The notes below the pieces were generated by a model. The model saw only the letters and a list, made by a program, of their open reading frames with translations, was not told where the DNA came from and did no database searches. 64,000 bases of DNA. It comes from Octopus vulgaris. Taxonomy: Eukaryota. The DNA lies in contig OX597822.1 in assembly GCA_951406725.2 (NCBI GenBank), positions 31,620,001-31,684,000 of the forward strand, read 5' to 3'. Positions 53,607 to 64,000 of this stretch are shown here, piece after piece. The first letter of the stretch is position 1; each line of letters begins with the position of its first letter. Position numbers and translations under genes: made by a program.

Positions 53607-54612
53607 TATTTTCCACCTCTTTCTACACATCACAATTCATTCACTTCAATCAAATCAGAAGACACACACGCGCGCGCGCACACACACACGCACACACATA
53701 TAAACCAAAACAACAAACTGAGTGTTTTAAATCAACCGGTCTGAAATAGCAGTCAGCTCCCTTTCATTTTAATAAATAGCATTTTTACTATGGTTCCGGG
53801 TACATTAAACTTGGAGCTAAAAAACAAATTCAGGGCTGGCTGTACCTTCATTATATGTTGATCATATGCCTGTTCATCAAGGTGGAGCAATTCGTATTAT
53901 ACATAGAAAATAAAAATTCATTGATGTGCTATGTAAATCATCGGTCCATGGATTCATGATATTCATCTCGAACAGCAAAATCTTTGCATGTTGGCAGTTC
54001 TTCAGAGCTTGCTCGAAAATTTTAATAATGACTGCACATATCGGAGATTGCAGAAATTGCGTATAACCTCCCACGGCCCTCACATGGTGCAGACAGGTTT
54101 TAGAGAGAGAGAAAAATGCGTGTTGATTTTAAATGTAGTTTTCATCTTATTCTTTTGTCTTTCTATAACTATAATCTAATTTTATAATCTAGCCATTAAT
54201 ATAGAATTTCAATTTATAATCGACGTGACCCATTTCTTTATTTTTGTTCCTTTATTTGGTTATTTTCATTTTGATTGTAATTGTGTTTTATCTGCCACTG
54301 TGTCCAAGGGGATAGTCTTCTCTGTAAAATTTTTTAAAGGACATCACTTTGGGTGCGCATTATTCCGCTGGGTGAAAAGACAACAGGATTTTAACAAAAG
54401 GCTTATATATATACAATGACGAAAGGAGGCGCATTTTACACATTGAACGTGTAATAATCATTACACAACACCTCACCAAGGTACGCAAGGTGTAAAAATA
54501 TGTCGAAAGAATTGAAGTGATTTTAAATGATGTCGTTCGTTCTATTTTCTATCATTTATTCACGCACACAAACACGCACGCACACACACACAAACACACA
54601 CGCACACGCACA

Positions 54613-54668
<56 letters not shown>

Positions 54669-54772
54669 CACATTCATATATTCTTATATACACACAAACA
54701 GACAGGTGTTTACATATATATTTCTCTCAGAAACGATATTATGAGCAAAGGTTTATAAATAAATAAATATGC

Positions 54773-54815
<43 letters not shown>

Positions 54816-54885
54816 TGTATGTATATACATACTTTTATATATTATAGATATGTGTCTATGTGAGTTTATGCATGTATGTATACAC

Positions 54886-55320
54886 AGGAGTAGGAGTGAC
54901 TATGTGGTAAGTAGCTTGCTTACAAACCACATGGTTCCGGGTTCGGTCCCACAGCGTGGCACCTTGGCCAAGTGTCATCTACTATAGCCTCAGATCGACC
55001 AAAGCCTTGTGAGTGGATTTGGTAGACGAAAACTGAAAGAAGACCGTCGTATATATGTATCTCTGTATGTACATGTGTGAGTATGTTTGTGTGTCCGTGT
55101 TTGACCCCCCCCCCAAAAAAAAAAATCGCTTGACAACCGATGCTGGTGTGTTTACGTTCTCGTAACTTAGCGGTTCGGCAAAATAAATCAGATAGAATAA
55201 GTACTAGGCTTACAAAGAATAAGTCCTGGTGCAGATTTGCTCGACTAAAGTCGGTGCTCCAGCATGACCACTGTCAAATGAGTGAAACAAGTAAAAGAAT
55301 AAAAGAGTAGAGTAAAGAGT
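54886..55320 (+). mobile_element. SINE family B, full length
   Basis: Aligns to 26489-26910. Confidence 0.9.
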
Positions 55321-55336
55321 ACACACACACACACAC

Positions 55337-55378
<42 letters not shown>

Positions 55379-55382
55379 GTAT

Positions 55383-55606
55383 ATATTTCTTTACTGCCCA
55401 CAAGGGGCTAAACATAGAAGGGACGAACAAGGACAGACAAAGGGATTAAGTCGATTACATCGACCCCAGTGCGTAACTGGTACTTAATTTATCGACCCCG
55501 AAAGGATGAAAGGCAAAGTCGACCTCGGCGGATTTTGAACCCAGAACACTTAACGGCAGACGAAATACGGCTAAGCATTTCGCCCGGCGTGCTAACGTTT
55601 CTGCCA
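55383..55606 (-). mobile_element. SINE family A, near full length
   Basis: Reverse complement of 27969-28200. Confidence 0.92.
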
Positions 55607-56526
55607 TGAATGTACACACTGATGCATGCATAGAGTAAAAGCACTTATATCTCAGGTATATGTACATGCCATACACTCAAGCAAACTTCTATCATTAACA
55701 CATGTAGATATTGAAGACACCCTGGCTCGATAAGACGAACACAATAAATACCTCTAATAAACACGCAGCGCCACACATAAACACAACGTAACTGGTACGT
55801 GGTCATGCATATTCGCATTAGCGAACAGTCTTGTTGAAGATATACAAATACGCACACAGTAACACGTTAATATATATATATATATATAAAACAGTTATAT
55901 TCAGCACTGATAATGACAAAGAAAGTTGTTGTTGCTGTTGTTGTTATTGCGTTTTTATTTCTCTTCTTTCGTTCCTCATTTATCTTCGGATTCTGATATC
56001 TGCCTGGCTTGGCTAAAGCTGCACTATTTATCCGTATACTAACAGCTGCATGCAGGTAAATATCATCTGAACATCTGTTTCATTCTAACTATTATTCTTT
56101 GAATTCCTATATTGCAAAGACATTTCTATACATTTTTTAAATACATAACGATGAATATTCGATTGGATAAACATTCCAGGAATGAGGAATGAAAAACAAA
56201 ACAATACAAAAAATATTTTAAAAAACGTAGAAAGTCAAACATACGTCAGTTGTGTAACTATTAAGCCAATCCTTTACGAAATATAAAGATTTAGATGATT
56301 CGAGTTCGAACCCAACATATCTTAGCACCGAGGAGATAACGAATCTATGTCTCCTTGCTTAGAATAATTGCTTAACGATTGCTTACGGAGAAAAAGAAAA
56401 AAAGAAAACACCTAATCAAACGAACTCAAACTCAAGTTTGATTCCATAACTATACTGGAATTATATTGTTTTGTGGTGACGAAATTTTATTATCCAAGAA
56501 AGGATCTGGACATGATTATCCTGCAT

Positions 56527-56577
56527 TCTTCTTCTTCTTCTTCTTCTTCTTCTTCTTCTTTTTTTTCTTCTTCTTCA

Positions 56578-56610
<33 letters not shown>

Positions 56611-56711
56611 TCTTCTTCTTCTTCTTCTTCTTCTACTCCTCCTCCTTCTTCTTCTTCTTCTTCTCCTTCTCTTTCTTCTTCTTCTTCTTCTTCTTCTTCT
56701 CCTTCTTCTTC

Positions 56712-56760
<49 letters not shown>

Positions 56761-56771
56761 TTTTATTATCA
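56527..56771. repeat. Compound (TTC)n/(TCCTCG)n/(CAT)n microsatellite
   Basis: Direct reading. Confidence 0.95.
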
Positions 56772-57190
56772 TTGAGGGAGAGAGCAGCCCATGCCATCAA
56801 AGTGACACTGGGGTAAAATATACGACGCTCCGGCGAGGGATTGGGGTGAACCCCGCAGAACTCTTTCACCACAACTTTCTCTCACTCTTTCTTCCCACTT
56901 CTGCCACAAAGCAGAGGAACCATGGTGTAACTCACTATGGTGTGGTAAACTTTCAAACCCTAGTCTAGATTGCGAATCCTCTGTACCCCAGGATGGTTCA
57001 GCTATCCACCCATTAAAAAGCCACCGTTTACGGAGAGGATAACAACGTAGCTTCCGCCCCCGTGCAACCGCCAGTCTATCGCGTGTGGTGGGTGGATCTT
57101 CAAGTTTCCACACACATTCTTAGTCGCTTAGAGTAGGCTCGAATTAGAGATTATTCTTTGTGGCTAATGGCGGGAGTCTTAATTAGAAAA
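56772..57190 (-). mobile_element. Family D 3' terminus (56772-56825) joined to a GC-rich unclassified segment
   Basis: gagagagcagcccatgccatcaaagtgacactggggtaaaatata matches 20089/32914; sequence beyond 56825 does not. Confidence 0.5.
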
Positions 57191-58629
57191 AGAAGACAAC
57201 ATCAACAATAAAAACATCAATCAAAAACACTATAAAATAAGAAAAGAATACTGTACGATAACTACATTATAAGCAGTACCCGGCTGATGCTAGTTCTGTA
57301 CAAAAGTTTAAATATCTGTAGACAGTTTAGCACCTACGAAAAGACATCCATCGCATTGACTTTCGGGTTGTTATGTCTCACTAAACCAGCCGAGATACTA
57401 TAGCAGTTCAATTTAACTAGGTATTTAAATAAATGCAATTCATTCACTCTTCTATGATGAATTGTATAGCGTCGACAGGAAGGTTACATCGTCGGTGTAT
57501 GTATTAACTGCGGGCGAAATTCTGTCAGTGTAAATTGTAGACAAAATGTGTATATAAGTTTTCTGCGCAGGACAGCTTATAATAGCAATGATATCCAAAT
57601 ATCTCCTTACGGCAGCTAATATGTTGAAATTATAAATGGTGGTGACATTGACATATGTTTACGAGGAAAAGTGAAAAACGATTTATTCATTGCAAAGAAG
57701 TTGCATTATTTTCTCTTCCCTAGCATCTATCAATATTGGATCAGCAGCACACTTCAGACTTCCAGTCTCATATCACAAAACTTAAAACTACAAAAAAAAA
57801 GAAAAAAAGAAAAGAAAAAAGCAAGAAAAAAAAGGACTAAATAAAATATAAATCTCAATAAAAAAGAGCCCTCCACACAGATAAAGATTAATGATTGTTA
57901 TCTGAATAGCAGCATTTATAATTCTGATATGGAATCAAAGAACAATCATATTAGAAGACTCTATTCTCCTCCATCCATTGAAAGTTATATCGATTTTCTT
58001 TCTATGTTACTTCGCATTAAGTTAGCGATTGAACAAACTATGTGAACATAAATCAATACTAGACTGTTCGATAGTCTTGAATTGCAAAACTTCTACCTTT
58101 TGTGCCATTTCAAAAAAGCATGTCATGTTGGTACCGATAGCAACTTTGGGGATGGTAAGGATCCTTGCTTTCATTGGTTTTTCGCAAAGACGAATATTTA
58201 GAATGTATCAGATAATCGCAGCTTGATGCTTATAAAACTACCACAAAACGTTATTGAATATAAGACATTGTCAGCCAATGTCAATACAATGATAGCTTAA
58301 GTACAAAATGCCAGCTTTCAAATGTCGGCAAAGGACATTACATTCACTGTTCTCGCTGTCTTTCTGTCTCTCTCTCTCTGTCTTTCTCTCTCTGTCTTTC
58401 TCTCTCTCTCTTTCTCTCTTACTTCAGTATTTAGACGGCAGTCAAGTTGGGTCACCGGTTGAACGAATCAACCCCGTGATTTATTTATTTTTTTTTTTAG
58501 ATTTTATTAAGCCGAGTACTTTTTCTATCGGTTACTCTTACTGAAGCCCAAAAATGACAGGTGCATTAACAAACCAATATTGTTTGTCAAGTGGTGGTGG
58601 GAAACCCACACAATATATATATATATATA

Positions 58630-58851
58630 TGTATGTATATATATATATAAGAATTTTTTGCGTAAAAAAATTAAAAAAAGAAGGCTGTATAGATATTAGA
58701 GCATTTATAGATAGAAGGTCTTACAGCTGTTTCAAGGATATTTATTTATAATATCCCTTCATCGGAGACAGTATGATAGGAAAGTTAAGTCATAGTTAGT
58801 TTAGATGTGATACAAAATAGAGAGTGAGGTGGAGGTAAGAAAATAGATGCA
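58630..58851 (-). mobile_element. Penelope-like remnant between (TA)n tracts
   Basis: Contains hammerhead motif 58718-58769; TA runs on both sides. Confidence 0.55.
58718..58769 (-). ncRNA. Minimal type-I hammerhead motif (U4 to C)
   Basis: gtct-CCGATGA-ag ggatatt ataaata aatatcc tt-GAAA-cagctg-TA-agac; palindromic stem III ACAGCTGT, GUA site. Confidence 0.65.
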
Positions 58852-60859
58852 ATATATATATATATATATACATAAACACGCACATATGTTTGTGTGCATG
58901 CTTGTGTGTGTATGTGCGTGTGATAACCACGATATATTTCACCAACAGCTGTAAAATACAAAGAAATAAATATTAATCTTTTCCGAGATATAAACTGAAC
59001 TCGGAACGTCAGAAAGAAAAAATAAATGCTCTCAAAATATTCTGTACTTCTGCTGTTGTCTATTGTTACACTTATTTATAGTTCAGTGGTACACCATGCT
59101 TACAACTAAGTTTCAATTACGGCAATTACCAAGGGACAGAGTGAACTGTATATCTCTAGGCTGTCTGGTAGCATAGTAACTTAGACTTTCAGAACACTTT
59201 ATATTTCAGAAGTTAACTTGATATATCATTTATCGTATATCCGTCCAGATAAAATAAGGACGCTCTCAGACGTTAGATAATGACTTTTGACTATATAGAT
59301 GAAGTATACTCGGTATTTACTAGGAAGACATGATTGCGTTCATGCTATCTTCTACCAGATATCGTTCAACACTGTTGCTACTTAATTGTTAATAGATTGA
59401 GGCAGTCCTGAATTATATATCTTCTGTGATATTAAAGATTATTCTCTCTTTAAATGCACGCATACGCGCATACGCTCTCACACTTATATCAATGCAAATA
59501 TGTGCATATGATTTCAGCAAGTTTATTTTAGCATAGTACTTATACATAACTGTATATGTCACACACAAGCACACACATACACACACACATACACACGCAA
59601 TTACATATACTTTCATGTAAACGACGGACGTGCATACATTTAAGGAAATATATAGACATACATATTTATCTATCTATTTATTTATCAATGTATCAATCAA
59701 TCTATCTATTTACCTACGATAAAAAGATGATTAAATAAAAATGATACTTTAGAGAGATACACATATAGTGAAAACTCATGAGATACTTTTAAATATAGAT
59801 GCTTAATTAGGCCTACAAACATACGCAGAAATATATACTGATGCATATAGCAAATGTATTTGATATATTTTTGCCGGCATTAAGAAGTAATCGATAGATC
59901 ATTCTATTTACCGATCTCTTCTTCCGACTTCACTCTTCTTCTCCGCTATTTACGTTCCAAAAGCTGCTCATTAGTAACAATTCTACCCATAAGCTTTTTA
60001 CATTAGTGTTGCATCCACCCTGTTCGGCCAATTTACGTGTTTAAAATCTATCTCTACCTTCCAGCAGCAGCAAAAATAATACAACCTACTTTACGTTGTT
60101 TTATATCTTTCTCCACTACACGAGGAAGAAGAAATAAAACTATTGATTCGTAGAGTCGTTTTGGAGAATATTATTTTTATCTCAATTCTATCAGAATGTC
60201 ACTTTTTTTGTTGTAAAATTGCTAGAGGAAACGTTTTATTTTCTGCGAAATATTTCATTTTAAATATTGAAAAAAAAAAAAAATTAATAATAATCGTGAT
60301 TTATAATTTAGTCACGTAACTAGCAGTCTTGAGAAGAGGGAATAGTGGACGCCATCGACTCCATTGCTTAACCGGTTTTTAGTTGACTGACACCCCAGAG
60401 GGATGAAGAATGCAAAGCTTATCTCACTGGGATTCAAATGAGGACGTTAAGAGTTGGAGCGTAATACTGACTGTTTTTTTTTATTCTGCCAGTTCTCTGC
60501 CTTCATTAGCGATTGTAATTTATGGCCAGCTTCCAGGGAATGTCGTTTGTCGCTACCGTCGGCTCCACTTGTCGACCGCCATTCTATTTCGTTAACAAGA
60601 AAAGGACGAAAGACTAAGTTGATCTCGGCGAGAACTGGGCTTATAACATAAAGATGCAGAACAATTACTGCAATCATTTTGTCGACTGTTCTAACATTTC
60701 TTCTGGTCCACGAACTAATTGTTAAGGTGTAGAAAAATTATTTACGCTATTTGTTTCAACTCTTTACCTTCTGAGTTCGAAATCTTCTGCTTTTCATCGT
60801 TTAGGATTGATGAAATAAGTACCAGTAAAACCATAAAAAAAAGCATCAATGGTCCTTCC

Positions 60860-61085
60860 CGAGCCGTAGGCTCATAAGGCAGATTTCCCGGATTCTCATG
60901 TATATATATATTTCCCAGCCCTGGACGGACCGGACGCCGTTTATTCATTTTTGCCAGTTGAGAACGCAGGAGCAACGTGAAGTGAAGTGTTTTGTTTAAG
61001 AACACAATTATCGCTTGGGCCAGGATTCGAAACCACAGTTTTATGATCATAACTGTAAGACCCTAACTGCTAAGCTATGCACCTC
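60860..61085 (-). mobile_element. SINE family C-related copy with a different 3' tail
   Basis: Minus strand tagcttagcagttagg...gtttcgaatcctgg...ttgtgttcttaaacaaaacac...cacgttgctcc. Confidence 0.7.
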
Positions 61086-61743
61086 CTTAGCATTTAAATA
61101 AGAGGTACTATTTAATGGGATAATTACCATCCCTCTAAGATACTCGTTTACAAGAGGAGTACCTTGTAAAAATAGTTAGTGAGTTGGGAAAAATGCGCTG
61201 TTATTTACTCCAGTTCAAACATCACTGATGATAAATTTGTCTTTTACTTATCTGTTAGCGATAATAAATTTAACCAGTTAAGTACAGAACTTGATATGAT
61301 TGATATTTTCCGTCCTTTAATCTGAGAATTTGTGCCTATGTGGCAGATTATAACGTGCGGGAGATTGTTAGAATCCCAGGCAGTATTTCTTCTGTTATTC
61401 TTTTGCGATTTGAGATGAAATCCTGCTGAAGTTTACATTTGCTGATATTTATTTGGGTCGGTAAAATAAAGGGCCAATCCTGAACAGGGTTCGATGGAAT
61501 TTACTAAAATCCCTCCTGCAAAATTTAATGTTTTCTGTCTACAATCGAAAAAGAATTTCTGTTAGGCCTTCGGAAAAAGTATTTTGCTGTATCCCTAGCG
61601 ATTCTTTACATTTTGAGTTCAACCCCTGCTCAGGACAGGGTTACTTTTTATCCATTCAAGGTCGATACTATCTGTTAGCCCGTCCCCTCAAATCCGTTGA
61701 ACTTCTACTTAAATCTGAGATATTTACAACTGTTAACAGCAGC

Positions 61744-61790
<47 letters not shown>

Positions 61791-62085
61791 CGTTAATTAT
61801 ATTTGCTGTTCTTGTAGTTGTGATATACATTTTATGGTTTCTTACCAAGTTTTACACTTTCCCACCTGGTGAGCTTCCGTGTATCTGATTTTTGTTTCTT
61901 CTTGCTAATTTTATGTCAGGTAAAAATTTTGATTGACAATTAATGTGCTAGCCCGTCTCTGTCTACACTCAGCACGCGCACACATATACAGCCAGATATA
62001 CACACGCATACAACCACAGGCAAACATACACACATGCACAGACGTGCACGTGTGTGGGCAAGTGTGTGTTCGTATCTGTCTTCAC

Positions 62086-62482
62086 TTACTCTCTTACTTG
62101 TTTCAGTCATTTGACTGCGGCCATGCTGGAGCACCGCCTTTAACCGAGCAACTCGACCCCGAGACTTATTCTTTTTGTAAGCCCAGTACTTATTCTATCG
62201 GTCTCCTTTGCCGAACCACTAAGTAACGGGGACATAAACACACCAGCATCGGTTATCTAGCAATGCTAGGGGACAAACACAGACGCACAAACACACACAC
62301 GCATATATACATATATACGATGGGCTTCTTTTCAGTTTCCGTCTACCAAATCCACTCACAAGGCTTTGGACGGCCCGAGGCTATAGTAGAAGACACTTGC
62401 CCAAGGTGCCACGCAGTGGGACTGAACCCGGAAACATGTGGTTGGTAAACAATCTACTTACCACACAGCCACTCCTGCGCCT
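62086..62482 (-). mobile_element. SINE family B, full length
   Basis: Reverse complement of 26489-26910. Confidence 0.92.
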
Positions 62483-64000
62483 TGTTTATTTTGTTATATA
62501 TATATTTAAAGTATGTGAACCAAAAACAACAACAACAACAACAACAACAACAAAACCTGCTTAAACTGTAAAGATACGTATGTTTTAATATTACATTAAA
62601 AGGACGGTGTGCTCGGATGTGTGTTAATAAAAATACGTAACCATTCTGAAAAGAATCTCGCGTAAAGGATGCGTTATAATTATAAGAGTTAATTTCGTTG
62701 TTGCTCTTGATAGTTCTTTGACAGTTTAACCTCAGGTCAAATCAATTCAATCAATCCTATGAATAAAATCATTCCAGCTGCGACCGTCCTGTCTTTATGT
62801 CAGATATAGTGTATCTATACGTATGTTTTCTGATGTGCACTGTCCTATTTTCAAAATATGGCAGTGTATGATTTAAGAAATAGTTAGTGACTATTTCTGT
62901 TTCGCTGAGGTTGACCGACCATGAAAAAGAGGCCTTCTTATATGTCTAGTTTATTTGTTTTTGCTGTTCTTTCATTGCGTTCTTTTACGTTTACAGTTTA
63001 TTGATTTTTTTTCAGATTCTTTTGTACGAAACTCATAAATATCAGCAGCAGCAGCAGCAGCCACGGCAGCAGCAGTAGCAGCCTTCTTCAATTATTGTTC
63101 GCCTGGTTGCTATTAATAATAAGAGGGCTAAGACAAGTCTATTAATGTACTATACGTCTGTCTGTACATATATTTTTATTCGAACATTTCGCAGCATTTC
63201 TCTTTATTATATTTCATGTTAACTACTACTACTACTACTACTACACTTGTTATTGCTTCTGCTGCTATTACTACAGCGCATATGCAAGTTATAAGCCATT
63301 AAGCCCACCAAGCTTGCTTGGAAAGTAGGGAGAATTCTGGATAGATAGTTAAAAAGACACAAGACAGGCAAAGGGTGAAGGGACACAACAGCCATGATAT
63401 ATTAATTTATTCTTTTACTTTTTTCATTCATTAGACTGAGGCCATGCTGGACCCTATTAAGGCTAGTTGCACTCTAAGCTGTGACGAAAGCTGTTCAGTA
63501 GGGGTTGGCAAATTTTAATAGAAAAGCTTAATGAATGAGTTCCTTGAATTCGCCGCCTTAATATACTATATTAATTGTGAACGTCAATGTGTCAGTGTCT
63601 CACCCTTCTTCAACTTTACTCCTGGAGACCGTAGCCCAACATATCGTATCATTTTAGAATCAGGGTGACCCCGTAAATTCTGAATTTTTTGTATTCCCAA
63701 CTTTTCATTACCGTGATTGTTTTCGGCAATATTTTACGTGACGTTTTGCTACATATTTTTTTTTGTATGATAACAATTTTTATAATCTAAAGGCCAAAAA
63801 TGTGAGTAAATTAAAAGCATTCCGAACCGAATTCCTATGTTTTTCATTACTGCGATTGTTTTTGGCGATTTTTTTTTCACGTGATTTTTTGCGATGAAAT
63901 CAAAGTGAATGGAACTTTGGCCAGAAGAGATGATCTTATGAGACGCTGTGCAACGATCATCGGGAGTTTCGACCCTGGACATAATATCCCACCGTTGGTG

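Noticed and set aside
56466-56872. Poly-F/S/R/K/H ORFs
   Set aside because: Compound (TTC)n/(CAT)n microsatellite

Overview
AT-rich eukaryotic intergenic/intronic DNA, very dense in microsatellites ((TA)n, (CA)n, (ATT)n, (GAT)n, (TATC)n). The repeat landscape resembles an octopus (coleoid cephalopod) genome; this is inferred from recall, not from a database search. No intact host protein-coding gene can be supported, and nearly all listed ORFs are microsatellite read-through. Supported features: two tandem tRNA-Lys(CTT) genes; many copies of three tRNA-derived SINE families (A, B, C); internally deleted mariner, Tigger/pogo and piggyBac-like DNA transposons; decayed non-LTR retrotransposons (Tx1/L1-like, R4/Dong-like, RTE/CR1-like). 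The most interesting signal is six minimal type-I hammerhead-ribozyme-like motifs in short (TA)n-associated, probably Penelope-derived elements. Three belong to one family with a non-canonical core, CUGU-N-GA (U replaces the invariant A6; N7 is U, C or G). One lies inside a perfect 24-bp inverted repeat and one lies just downstream of a tRNA-type Pol III head. All calls were made by eye; family names need Dfam/Repbase/Rfam confirmation.
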